Below are positions 39,539 through 49,790 of a stretch of 64,000 nucleotides of DNA, one piece after another; the first letter of the stretch is position 1, and every line of letters begins with the position of its first letter. The notes below the pieces were generated by a model. The model was not told the origin of the DNA. It searched no databases and worked only from the letters and a program-made list of their open reading frames with translations. The position numbers and the translations under genes are program-made. The stretch comes from an uncultured bacterium. Its GTDB lineage: Bacteria; Fidelibacterota; Marinisomatia; Marinisomatales; UBA1611. The stretch covers positions 96,001-160,000 of the forward strand of contig CALSPG010000001.1 of assembly GCA_943788175.1 (NCBI GenBank), written 5' to 3'.

Positions 39539-40822
39539 ATGAATATAGTATTGTTTGTCATCTATAATATATTTTTGTACCCTGCTTTTTTATTTACAAT
39601 TCTCATACTTTCAATATTTAATAAAAAAATCAGAAAAGGTTTTACCGGGCGGATTGGAGTAGTTAAATATTTAAAGCAATACTTTAATAAAAGTAATATA
39701 TATAATAATATTATGTGGTTTCACTGTTCTTCTTATGGTGAGTATTTACAGGCCGAACCAGTAATTAATAATTTGAAAAATAAAAATAAAAAGACAATAA
39801 TTTTAGTTAGCTTTTTTTCACCAAGTGGATATTTTAATACTCATAATCAAAATATAGATTGTAAAATCTTTATGCCATTTGATTTCTATTGGACGATTAA
39901 TTCTGTGTTTGATATTGTAAACCCGACTGCTATAGTGCTAGCAAATAATGATTTATGGTTTAATTTTTTATGGGTTGCGAAAAGAAGATCAATTAAAACA
40001 TTTTTATTTGGAGCTCAATCCAAAAAATTTTTTAATAATAAATTCTCATTCACCTACTATTTTTACAAACCAATCTATTCCTGGTTTACAAAAATATTTG
40101 TGATTAATGAAGATGATTTTATTTCTATTAAAAAATATGTCTGTTTTTCGAATACAAAAAATATAATAGTTACTGGAAATCCTAGATTTGATCAGGTAAT
40201 TAACAGCTCTAGTAAAATTAATGCTTCAAAAAAAGTTAAAATCGAAAAAAGGGAAAATATATTTATTCTTTCTAGTATGCACAAAGAAGATCGCAACATG
40301 TTTTTGTCGCAAACAATTTCATTTATTAAAGAATTTAATGATATAAAAATTATTTGGGCTTCACATGAGCCTAGTGAGCAAGAAAATAGATATCTAAGTA
40401 ATGTATTTAAAAGAAATAATCTGAGTGTAAAAATAATAGAATCATTAAATGATATTGATGGCGTTGGTTCAAAAGTGACAATAGTGAATACTGTTGGTAT
40501 TTTGTCTGAATTATATTGGAAATCCAAACTTGCATATATTGGTGGTGGCTTTTCTTCTGGTGTCCACAATCTTATGGAACCTGCAATCGCAGGTATCCCT
40601 ACTATATTTGGTCCAAATTATAAAAAATTTAAAGAGGCTATAGAAATTGTCGGTCTTCATGCTGGGCATAGTATTAAAAAAAGATTAGATTTTAAAAATC
40701 TAATTACAAGTTACCTTTTGGATGAAAAAAAAATAATCATTGCTGGAAAGGCTGCAACAGAAATCGTCTTTGCTCACTCTGGAGCATCAATAAAAATTGC
40801 AGATCAAATTTGCATTAAATAG
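39539..40822 (+). CDS. waaA: Kdo transferase
   Basis: WFHCSSYGE, SFFSPSG, PFD, GGGFSSGVHNLMEPA and FGPN motifs. Confidence 0.9.
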   Translation: MNIVLFVIYNIFLYPAFLFTILILSIFNKKIRKGFTGRIGVVKYLKQYFNKSNIYNNIMWFHCSSYGEYLQAEPVINNLKNKNKKTIILVSFFSPSGYFNTHNQNIDCKIFMPFDFYWTINSVFDIVNPTAIVLANNDLWFNFLWVAKRRSIKTFLFGAQSKKFFNNKFSFTYYFYKPIYSWFTKIFVINEDDFISIKKYVCFSNTKNIIVTGNPRFDQVINSSSKINASKKVKIEKRENIFILSSMHKEDRNMFLSQTISFIKEFNDIKIIWASHEPSEQENRYLSNVFKRNNLSVKIIESLNDIDGVGSKVTIVNTVGILSELYWKSKLAYIGGGFSSGVHNLMEPAIAGIPTIFGPNYKKFKEAIEIVGLHAGHSIKKRLDFKNLITSYLLDEKKIIIAGKAATEIVFAHSGASIKIADQICIK

Positions 40823-40834
40823 AAACAAGATTGT

Positions 40835-41419
40835 ATGAGCAAAATAACAGAAATAAAAAAGCAGTATATGAATAACCCTTCAAAGGTTTTAACGTTAGCT
40901 AATACAATCAGTTTGTTAAGAGCGGCAGCCGCAATACCCATTATTTATACTCTAAATTATCCAGAACTTAGAGCAGTCACGGCGGGAATAGTGATACTTG
41001 CAATACTTTCAGATGCATTAGATGGATATTTTGCTAGAAAGGCTGGTGAAGTAACTCATGTTGGGATGTGGCTAGATCCGATTGCTGATTTTATCGTTAT
41101 AACTTCTATTGTTCTATTTTTAGTTATAATGGAAATCTTTCCACTTTGGTTTTTTTGCTTTTATATTATTAGACACTTTATGATTGCAGTTCCAGCGCTA
41201 TATTTTGTAAATACTGGTCAATACATATTGCACTCCAACTGGTGGGGAAAATGGACAACTGGCATTACAACCTTGACTGTTTTTCTTCACATTTTTGAGT
41301 TTCCTGATATATGGTGGCTAAAGCCATTTACATTATACTCTGCCCTAGTGCTTGCATTAATTAGTTGGCTAATTTATTATCGAGATTATTATAATGTTTT
41401 AAGGGGGAGAGATGCTTAA
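40835..41419 (+). CDS. CDP-alcohol phosphatidyltransferase
   Basis: ANTISLLR and SDALDGYFAR...G..LDPIAD motifs. Confidence 0.92.
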   Translation: MSKITEIKKQYMNNPSKVLTLANTISLLRAAAAIPIIYTLNYPELRAVTAGIVILAILSDALDGYFARKAGEVTHVGMWLDPIADFIVITSIVLFLVIMEIFPLWFFCFYIIRHFMIAVPALYFVNTGQYILHSNWWGKWTTGITTLTVFLHIFEFPDIWWLKPFTLYSALVLALISWLIYYRDYYNVLRGRDA

Positions 41420-42302
41420 TCGTTTATTTAGCGCATTAGAGAATACTCGCTCATCAATATCAAATGCTTTTAAAGGTTTATCTGGAAATAATATATCTGA
41501 TGACAATATTGAGCAAATTGAAGAGAAATTGCTTCTAGCTGACATTGGTTTTGACACTGTTGAAAATATTATTAAAATTATTAGAAAATTCAAAAATGAT
41601 AATTTTTTGAATGAAATTAAAAATTATCTTCTTACAGAGTTACCTCAAAAACAAAAATTAGTGGATGACGAATCATTTCCATTAATTATTATGCTAGTGG
41701 GGGTTAATGGGACTGGCAAAACTACGAGCGCTGCAAAGTTAGCTAAGTTGTACAAAGACCTCGGTAGTAATGTTACCTTAGTTGCTGCTGATACTTATAG
41801 AGCTGCAGCGATAGAACAATTAAGAGTATGGTCGAAAAGGGCTAATACGACATTGGTTTACAATGAAAAAGCGACTGAACCGTCTGCTGTTCTTTTTGAT
41901 GGTCTGACATCAGCTTTATCAAATCATTCTGATATAGTCATAGTTGATACGGCAGGGCGGTTGCATACATATGAAAACTTAATGAGTGAGCTCGAAAAAA
42001 TGTACAGGATATCAACAACTAGATTTCCGCAATTTAAAGTTAAAAATATTATTACTATTGATTCGCTTTTAGGGCAAAATTCAATAGTGCAGGCTGAGGA
42101 GTTTAATAAGCATGTCCCACTTGATGGTGCTATTTTGACTAAATTGGATGGTACTGCTAAGGGAGGAATAGTTTTTTCATTGCACAAAAAATTAAACTTA
42201 CCTGTTCAGTACATTGGAGTGGGTGAGGGTTTATCGGATATTGAGGTCTTTGATCCTGAAAAATATATCGATGGTCTTTTTGGAATTGAAAATAATAAAT
42301 AG
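41412..42302 (+). CDS. ftsY: SRP receptor FtsY
   Basis: GVNGTGKTT, DTYRAAA, DTAGR and TKLDGTAKGG motifs. Confidence 0.98.
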   Translation: MLNRLFSALENTRSSISNAFKGLSGNNISDDNIEQIEEKLLLADIGFDTVENIIKIIRKFKNDNFLNEIKNYLLTELPQKQKLVDDESFPLIIMLVGVNGTGKTTSAAKLAKLYKDLGSNVTLVAADTYRAAAIEQLRVWSKRANTTLVYNEKATEPSAVLFDGLTSALSNHSDIVIVDTAGRLHTYENLMSELEKMYRISTTRFPQFKVKNIITIDSLLGQNSIVQAEEFNKHVPLDGAILTKLDGTAKGGIVFSLHKKLNLPVQYIGVGEGLSDIEVFDPEKYIDGLFGIENNK

Positions 42303-42311
42303 AAAGTCAAA

Positions 42312-43596
42312 ATGGAAAAAGTAGTTAACTTAATCAGCCTAGGCTGTGCAAAAAACCTCGTTGATTCTGAGATACTTCTTGGCGGCATCAATAAATCTGA
42401 ATTAACTATAACAAAGAATCCTGAAGAAGCTGATACAATTATTGTTAATACATGTGGGTTTTTAGATATAGCTCGAGAAGAATCAGTTGATACTATTTTA
42501 CAAGCAGCCGAGCTTAAAAAAACAGGAAAACTTAGCGAACTCGTCGTTATGGGCTGTTTGTCTGAAAGGTATCCTGAAGAAGTTGCAGCAGAAATACCGG
42601 AAATCGATCGAATCTTCGGTAGTAATGATCATCGGCAGATAATATCTTTTTTGACTGGGAAAGATTTCGCAAAAGATGACCCCATGTTTTTTCGGTCATT
42701 AATGACTCCAAATCATTATGCTTATATAAAAATTGCTGAGGGATGTGATAATGCATGCTCATTCTGTAGTATACCGATTATGCGTGGTCTGCAGAAGAGC
42801 CGTAGTATACCAGCTATTATGGATGAAGCAACCAGGCTGGCTAGTAATGGTACAAAAGAATTATTAGTCATTGCTCAGGATTCAACCTCATACGGTTGGG
42901 ACCTTGAGAAAAAAGTATATTTAAGTGACCTTTTAAAAGAGCTTAATACGATCGACGAAATAGATTGGATAAGAGTGCACTATGCTCATCCAGCCCATTT
43001 ATCTCAAAGAATCATTGATGCGATTGCGGATTGTGACAAAGTATGTAATTATCTAGATATGCCTGTGCAGCATGCATCAGATGATATTTTAAAATCAATG
43101 AAGAGAGGATTAAATCAGGAGGGCATTAGAAATAGAATCTCTAGATTGAGATCAGCAGTTCCGCACATTGCTATTCGAACAACTCTAATTGTAGGCTATC
43201 CAGGTGAAACGGAAGCTCATTTTAACGAGCTTTATAATTTTGTAGATGAAATGCAATTTGACCGATTAGGTGCTTTTACTTATTCTGAGGAAGAAGGTAC
43301 TACTGCAGAAGTCTTTAGAGGATAATGTGTCCAGAGAAACAAAAAATGAGAGAAAAAATAAAATTGTAGAGTTGCAACATGGAATTAGCTTAGAGAAAAA
43401 TGAAGCATTTATTGGGAAAACTATGAAAGTTTTGGTTGATCAATGTGAGAATAATATTGGGGTTGGAAGAACAGAATTTGATTCTCCAGAAATCGATAAT
43501 ATTGTGCAAATCAATGGTAAGGTAAAAAAAGGAGAATTTGTAAATGTGAAAATTGAAAAAGTCAATGAATTCGAACTCATAGGAAAGCCATTATAA
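42312..43596 (+). CDS. rimO: Ribosomal protein S12 methylthiotransferase RimO; one apparent frameshift at ~43314-43316
   Basis: SLGCAKNLVDSE, NTCGF and CDNACSFC motifs. The TRAM-like C-terminus (GRTEFDSPEID) lies in ORF 43270..43596 and joins if one T is removed. Confidence 0.95.
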
Positions 43597-43606
43597 AATA
43601 TTTAGT

Positions 43607-44863
43607 GTGATTTCAGTTAAGGAAAAAAAAAGGTTAAGTAAGCTTTCTAAATTATTATACATAGCTAGTAAAAAAATAAAAATATTGAGGCACATAGCCT
43701 GGCCTTTAGAAGTTAAAAACAAGTTCTTTAAAGAAAGTTGTCAAAAACTTCCTGTTCATACTTATCCCTTACATGATGATTCTGAATTAAAACTTATACT
43801 AAATGAAACAGATAAATATTTTGGTGATACTTTATATGACTCTTGGTTAAAAACAAAAGCTAAAGAAATTAAAAAAAATTCTGCATTACTAAAAGCATGT
43901 GGTACTAAAGAATTTTTTAATATCTCCTCTGATATATATGGATTACCATCAACCCCAATCCATGACAATGTTACAAAACCAATTAATCTTTCTAATCAGT
44001 TTGAAAATATAATTGGTGCCATTAAAAATAGTAAAATCAAATTAAAACCAAGCCCTTCTTTAAGTTCAAGTCAGGTTGCGAAAAAAATAGATGATAAAGT
44101 AAAATTGTACTTTAATGAACATGCACCTCAGGTTAAATTAGTCAAAAACCTGTCAGCGAAAGCGACAGCAACCTCAAAATACATTAGAATTCGCGAAGGT
44201 AGTGAGTTTGATCAAGCAGATATTAATCAACTCTTAAATCATGAAGCATATATACATGTTGCGACCACTATAAACGGTAGAAAACAGAACAATATGAAAA
44301 TTTTAGGCGCGAATTATGGCTCTGTTACTAAAACTCAGGAAGGTTTAGCCGTTTTTTCTGAGTTCATATCTGGTTCAATTGATGTTGATAGACTTAAACG
44401 AATTTCAGACCGTACAATAGCAATCCAGATGGCCATTGAGGGTGCAGATTTTATTGATGTCTATAATTATTTCATAAAAGAAGGAGTATCAATGGACCAA
44501 GCTTTTGAAAACAGTAGAAGAGTTTTCAGAGGAGGTCTCCTAGCCGGTGGTGCTCCATTTACAAAAGATTTAGTTTATTTAGATGGTTTCATCAGAGTAT
44601 TCAACTTTCTTCGAAGCGCTATCTCATTAGGGAAAATTGAATGTATTGAACTTTTATTCTCGGGAAAAATGGATTTAGATGATATGCCAGTAATATATGG
44701 TCTATACAAGGATGGTCTTATTCGTAAACCTGATTTTATTCCACCTTGGGCAAATAACTTGAATTATCTTATTTGCTTTTTTTCTGTTTCAATGTTTATA
44801 GAAGATATTAATTATAGTAATGTTTCTAAACATTATGATTTATTACTTAATAGTATTAATTAA
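43607..44863 (+). CDS. DUF1704 / QEGLA-motif metallopeptidase (MATCAP-like)
   Basis: HEAYIH (HExxxH), TQEGLAVFSE, RVFRGG and FTKDLVYLDG motifs. Confidence 0.88.
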   Translation: MISVKEKKRLSKLSKLLYIASKKIKILRHIAWPLEVKNKFFKESCQKLPVHTYPLHDDSELKLILNETDKYFGDTLYDSWLKTKAKEIKKNSALLKACGTKEFFNISSDIYGLPSTPIHDNVTKPINLSNQFENIIGAIKNSKIKLKPSPSLSSSQVAKKIDDKVKLYFNEHAPQVKLVKNLSAKATATSKYIRIREGSEFDQADINQLLNHEAYIHVATTINGRKQNNMKILGANYGSVTKTQEGLAVFSEFISGSIDVDRLKRISDRTIAIQMAIEGADFIDVYNYFIKEGVSMDQAFENSRRVFRGGLLAGGAPFTKDLVYLDGFIRVFNFLRSAISLGKIECIELLFSGKMDLDDMPVIYGLYKDGLIRKPDFIPPWANNLNYLICFFSVSMFIEDINYSNVSKHYDLLLNSIN

Positions 44864-46714
44864 ATTATTTCTTTTATTTTTTCTATCATTTTTTGAAACT
44901 CTTGTTCATCAAATAATCTTGTTAAGAAAACTATTTTTCCATTTTTATCAATCACTACATTTCTAGTAATTCCAGCATTTACGTGCGCAAATTTTGAAAA
45001 GTGTTTCGCACCCGGGTCTAAAGCAATTGGGTATGTAATACCTGTCTTTCTCTTGAAAGCTTTCACGACTTCGATAGGTTCATCTCGATCTATACCTATC
45101 AAAACGAAGTCATCGTTTTTAAATTTTTGCCAGACGTCATTCTCGAGGTGAGGCATCTCTCTAATACATACAGAACACCAGCTAGCTGTAAACTGAAGTA
45201 CGACTACCTTTCCAAGGTAGTCAGATAGTTGTACATTTGTATCATTGATTAAGTCTAAAGATAAATCAGGAGCGGTATCTCCAATTGAGACAATATAACC
45301 TCTTTCATCGTATCCATTTCTGTTAATTGCCCTTTTAAAAGCTAAACTTCCATTTCTTAGTTTTCTTATTTGAGTATTAAAATCAACTTCGTAAAGGCCA
45401 AACTTCATGGAGTACCCTTCCGCCCATTCAAAATTATCCATCAATGACCAATAAAAATAACCTTGAATATCCATTCCATCATCTATAGACTTGTTTAAAG
45501 CATATAAATATCTATTAATAAAAGTTTCTCGTCGATCATCTTTATCATCAGCTATTCCATTTTCAGTTACTATAATGGGTATGTTAAGCTTACTTATATC
45601 ATTCAAAGCTTTATAAAAACCTTCAGGGTAGATTGAATATGGCATATCTGTTTGGATATCTTGCTTTCTTTTTTCGAAGGTAAATGGAGACGTTGGACTT
45701 AGGTGTCCTTTAACATGCCACCTAGAATAATAGTTTAAGCCTATAAAGTCTGCTGAACCAATAGCATTTGAATTTGAATCTGATATGTTTACCATTCCCG
45801 GTAAATAAAAATTAAACTTTCCATTTAAAAATAAATCAATCGTACTATTAGTAAAAATATCATTCAAAATTTTACTAAAATACCAATCAAGTAAATGCCA
45901 TCTTCTTAAAGGGTCAAATTGAGTAATGTTTTTAACCAAACCTATCTGAGCAATCTCACCATTTTCTAGCCCTTTTAAATGATGAAATGCCTTTATATGA
46001 GTAAATAATAAATTTCGCATCACAATTCCAGCGAGTTTTGGATCTTTTTTCCCCGGAGGGAAAACACCATAGAAATAACCTTGAGAGACGTAGACGGCAG
46101 GTTCATTAATTGTGCACCAGTATTTAACAATATCTGATAAATGATTAAAAACAATTTCAGAAAATTCAATAAAATGATCGATGTTTTCTTCTTTTTCAAA
46201 CCCACCTAGTTTTTCAAACCATATTGGGTTTGTGAAGTGATGCAAAGTAACAACAGGAGTTAGCCCAGAATCAATTAGTGCTATACATACATCACGATAG
46301 TGATCTAATGCATTTTCATCAATTAATCCTTCTTTTGGTACTATTTTACTCCATTCAACGGAAAACCTATATGCATTTACTCCTAGTTCTTTCATTAAAG
46401 AAATATCATCTCTGTACATATCCCAATGGTTGGCTGCCTCGCCAGATTTATCATTGTTATGTATATTAGATTTGCCGTTTTGGTTTAAACTATTTTCCCA
46501 TTCATACCAGTTGTTATTTGTATTGTTTCCTTCGACTTGGTGGGCTGCAGTAGATGTTCCCCATATGAAGTTTTCAGGAAAAAACATTTTTTCTGTATTT
46601 ATTTTATCCCAGTTCCATTGTTGGTCAGGGTGTTTTATATTGAGGTAACCTATTATAGTAAACCAAACAATTAGTGGACAGTATGATGAACTTAATGAAT
46701 GATTTAGAAATCAA
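44860..46714 (-). CDS. Glycoside hydrolase family 1 fused to a C-terminal TlpA/AhpC-TSA thioredoxin-like domain; probable N-terminal membrane anchor with a one-base indel near 46677
   Basis: [32 protein letters not shown] and WSLMDNFEW motifs, then GDTAPD...[15 protein letters not shown]. The frame stays open upstream of the 46587 ATG through a hydrophobic [11 protein letters not shown] stretch. A TTG at 46714 overlaps the upstream gene's TGA. Confidence 0.88.
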
Positions 46715-47664
46715 ATATTAAATCCTTTTTCTTTCATCCAATCATCATTTGGAAACTTTGTCATATAGTTACGAATGCCATCTGCTAGAACAACAAGGCA
46801 ATTTTGTCCTTTTTTAAGATTGGAAGCTGCTTGCAATGCTGCAACCATAGTTGCCCCACAAGAACCGCCACAGAGTAGTCCTTCTTCTTTTATAATTCTT
46901 CTGGCCATAATGAAAGATTCTTCATCTTTTGTTTTTATGTATCGATCTACTAAACTATTATCTAAAACATCTGGAAAAAAATCATAACCTATGCCTTCGA
47001 CTAAATAAGAACTAATTTCATCTCCACCGCCTAAAATAGAACCTTCTGGATCAGCACCAACAATTGATATATGAGGTATCTTTTCTTTTAACCTTTTTGC
47101 TACGCCTGTTATAGTTCCGCCTGTTCCTACAGACATAACTACCATATCAAGATTATCAGAAAAGTCTTTAATAATTTCTTCAGCAGTACCATAATAATGT
47201 GCATCAGGGTTTGCCGGGTTAGAATATTGATCTAAAATGTGAGAATTCTCCAATTCGCTATTAAGCTTTTTCGCAACTGAAATATGACTTTCAGGGTCAC
47301 TTGATAAAGCTTCAGTTGGTGTTCGAACAATTTTTGCACCTAATGCCTCAATAGCAATTTGTTTTTCTTGACTCATTTTTTCTGGCATGATAATAATACA
47401 TTTATATCCTTTTACAGCAGCAGCAAGAGCAATTCCTTGGCCAGTATTTCCAGAAGTAGGCTCAATTAAAGTATCTCCAGGCTTAATTCTGCCAGACTTT
47501 TCGGCTTCTTCAACCATATTCCATCCTATTCTGTCCTTAATAGAACCACCGGGGTTAAAAAACTCACATTTAGCATATACGTTGCAGTCTAGATTTTTCG
47601 CAATTTTATTTATTTTCACTATTGGAGTGTCTCCAATAGTGCTCAAAACATTATCATGTATCAT
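46711..47664 (-). CDS. Cystathionine beta-synthase-like PLP enzyme (catalytic core only)
   Basis: [36 protein letters not shown] and RNYMTKF motifs. Confidence 0.9.
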   Translation of the reverse strand: MIHDNVLSTIGDTPIVKINKIAKNLDCNVYAKCEFFNPGGSIKDRIGWNMVEEAEKSGRIKPGDTLIEPTSGNTGQGIALAAAVKGYKCIIIMPEKMSQEKQIAIEALGAKIVRTPTEALSSDPESHISVAKKLNSELENSHILDQYSNPANPDAHYYGTAEEIIKDFSDNLDMVVMSVGTGGTITGVAKRLKEKIPHISIVGADPEGSILGGGDEISSYLVEGIGYDFFPDVLDNSLVDRYIKTKDEESFIMARRIIKEEGLLCGGSCGATMVAALQAASNLKKGQNCLVVLADGIRNYMTKFPNDDWMKEKGFNI

Positions 47665-47759
47665 TTATTTATATTATTTGGTTAAAAATTTGTTCTATAT
47701 TAGTTAATACTCTTCACAATATAAATGTCTTCTTTCTAAAATTATACAACCAAACTATT

Positions 47760-49235
47760 ATGGTTAATCAATCGCATAAACTTAGTGGCCCATTTTTAAT
47801 AGAGCTAAAAAATAAATTTCGAGAAATAGCTGGGTCAGATAATAAAATTGATAGATTAGAGTTTAAAGATAGTCTAGTAATTGAAAACGAAAATATTATT
47901 AATCGCATATTTGATATTTTTGATAAAGATGAAAATAATCTTTTAGATATAAATGAATTTATTAATGGTATTGAAACTTTAATTAAAAGCACTAATGCTC
48001 AAAAAATAAAATTTGCTTTTGATATACATGACTTTGATGGAAGCGGAGATATCGATAAAGATGAATTAAAAATATTGATAAAAAACATTCTTATTGAAAA
48101 CAACTTAGATTTTGATACAAATCAAGTTGATTTGATTGTTGATGAATTTTTTAGGTATGGGGATATTGATAAGAATGGAAGAATTGATTTTAATGAGTTT
48201 TTAAACTTAATAAAAAAATATCCTGATTTAATAAATAGTCTAGCTGCTAACCCTGTAGCATGGTTTAGAAGTAATAAGTCAAGGAAAGATTATGAAACTA
48301 CTAAGAAGGTTGTTTCAAAAATTAGTAGGGTACAAGTTCAAAATTTAAATGTATTGCAATGGCTCTTAGTCCCAAGGTTGATATATTTTTATAATATTAT
48401 TATAAATCGAAATAAGAACAATGAATTGATTTCTATTAAATCTTTAAAAATTTTACCCGAAAAAAATATATCGTTTTCATTTAATAAACCTAGCTGGTTT
48501 AAGTTTCAAGCAGGTGATTATGTATATATAAATTGTCCCTGGGTTTCAAGTTTGCAGTGGTATCCTTTTAATATAATAAGCTCTACGAATGATAATTCAG
48601 TACTGTTAAATATTAAGGCAGAAGGGGCGTGGCCCCAAAAAATATATAATAAAACATTATCTATGTTGAGTAATAAAAATGTTGAAAATCTGAAAATAAG
48701 AATTGACGGCCCATTTGGATCATCGAGTGATAGAATTTTACAATCTGAAAATTTAATAATTATTGCAGAAGATATGGGCGTGGCAAAATTTGCATCTGTT
48801 CTTCAAGATATCTATCATAGAACAAAATCAAATCAAATTCATTCTAGAGTAAAAACTCTTAATTTTATTTGGCTTTGTAGTGAAGGTAATTATTTTGAAT
48901 GGTTTAAAAAAATGCTTCAAGAATTAGATAAGAGTTTTAATATAGACAACTTTAATTATAGTATTTATTTTTTGAATAGAAATGCATCCGATTTGCCAAG
49001 AGACATGCTCTACGTCTCTAAGGATGTTTTTAAAAAAGAATTTAAAATTAATCTATTACCCGGTCTTAAAAACAAATATCATATCGGTACTCCGTCATTA
49101 CAAAAAAAATTATCTGATATTATTTCAGAGCAAGGTAATGGAAAGTTTGATTTGTTTTTTGCAGGATCTAGAAAAATAAAGACAAAAATAAAATCTGCTT
49201 GTAAAGAATTAGGTATAAACTTTAATAATAGTTAA
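47760..49235 (+). CDS. NOX5-like protein: four EF-hands joined to a NOX dehydrogenase domain, lacking the heme transmembrane domain
   Basis: EF loops AGSDNKIDRLEF, DKDENNLLDINEF, DFDGSGDIDKDEL and DIDKNGRIDFNEF. Dehydrogenase motifs AGDYVYINCP.VS.LQWYPF, IDGPFG, FASVL and FIWLC....FEWF. Confidence 0.85.
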   Translation: MVNQSHKLSGPFLIELKNKFREIAGSDNKIDRLEFKDSLVIENENIINRIFDIFDKDENNLLDINEFINGIETLIKSTNAQKIKFAFDIHDFDGSGDIDKDELKILIKNILIENNLDFDTNQVDLIVDEFFRYGDIDKNGRIDFNEFLNLIKKYPDLINSLAANPVAWFRSNKSRKDYETTKKVVSKISRVQVQNLNVLQWLLVPRLIYFYNIIINRNKNNELISIKSLKILPEKNISFSFNKPSWFKFQAGDYVYINCPWVSSLQWYPFNIISSTNDNSVLLNIKAEGAWPQKIYNKTLSMLSNKNVENLKIRIDGPFGSSSDRILQSENLIIIAEDMGVAKFASVLQDIYHRTKSNQIHSRVKTLNFIWLCSEGNYFEWFKKMLQELDKSFNIDNFNYSIYFLNRNASDLPRDMLYVSKDVFKKEFKINLLPGLKNKYHIGTPSLQKKLSDIISEQGNGKFDLFFAGSRKIKTKIKSACKELGINFNNS

Positions 49236-49246
49236 TAGTATAATTT

Positions 49247-49284
49247 ATAATTGGGAGGAGAGTTTATTCTCTCCTCCCAATTAT
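49247..49284. terminator. Bidirectional intrinsic terminator between convergent genes
   Basis: Perfect 16-bp inverted repeat ATAATTGGGAGGAGAG-tttatt-CTCTCCTCCCAATTAT with AT-rich flanks, lying between the two stop codons. Confidence 0.85.
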
Positions 49285-49292
49285 TTAATAGA

Positions 49293-49730
49293 TTATTTAA
49301 TTGATATTAATCTATTATTTGGTTTTTCTTCTTCTGCTTTAGGTATTGTAATAATAAGAGTCCCATCTTTAAAATTTGCTGATATCTTATCTTCTATTAT
49401 CGATTGTGGCAGTTTAAAAGATCTAGCGAATTTCCCAACTTTACGCTCACTGTAATGATAGTCATCGTTATCCTCTTCGTTATCTAGCTTTTTATCCCCT
49501 TTAATTATGAGAATATTTTCTTCTACCTTAGCCTCAATATTACTTTTTTTAACTCCCGGCATATCTGCAACTAAAATATATGATTTGCTATTCTCTTTTA
49601 TGTCTACTAATGGTTGCCATTCATTGTTATAAACCTCCTTGTCGTTTACATTATAGGTCGCATTATCTAATATATTTGGCATTCTATTTAAAAATGATAC
49701 TGGTTTATATCTCCAATTAACTATGTTCAT
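49293..49730 (-). CDS. Hsp20/alpha-crystallin small heat-shock protein
   Basis: PLVDIKE, ADMPGV, ER..GKFARSFKLP and A.FKDGTL.ITIPK motifs; GGAG RBS upstream. Confidence 0.97.
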   Translation of the reverse strand: MNIVNWRYKPVSFLNRMPNILDNATYNVNDKEVYNNEWQPLVDIKENSKSYILVADMPGVKKSNIEAKVEENILIIKGDKKLDNEEDNDDYHYSERKVGKFARSFKLPQSIIEDKISANFKDGTLIITIPKAEEEKPNNRLISIK

Positions 49731-49773
49731 TTTAGTCTCCTTTGATTGATTATGTTTATATTATCTTTTTAAT

Positions 49774-49790
49774 TGCAATCTACATGCCAA
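49774..49790 (-). promoter_or_regulatory. Sigma-54 (-24/-12) promoter for hsp20
   Basis: The minus strand reads TTGGCATGTAGATTGCA, with exact GG-N10-GC spacing, about 45 nt upstream of the hsp20 ATG. Confidence 0.72.

Noticed and set aside
40835-41419. 'pgsA' as the missing capA/pgsA of the PGA system
   Set aside because: This is a CDP-alcohol phosphatidyltransferase. It shares only a gene name with the PGA protein PgsA/CapA.
28355-41419. A complete archaeal-type ether lipid pathway (GGR, polyprenyl synthase, CDP-alcohol transferase)
   Set aside because: No GGGP synthase or clear DGGGP synthase is in the window. The genes are dispersed and have ordinary quinone or phospholipid explanations.
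43270-43596. A separate gene, or a programmed frameshift in rimO
   Set aside because: It is the RimO C-terminal domain. A single extra T with no slippery heptamer or stimulatory structure matches the other indel errors.
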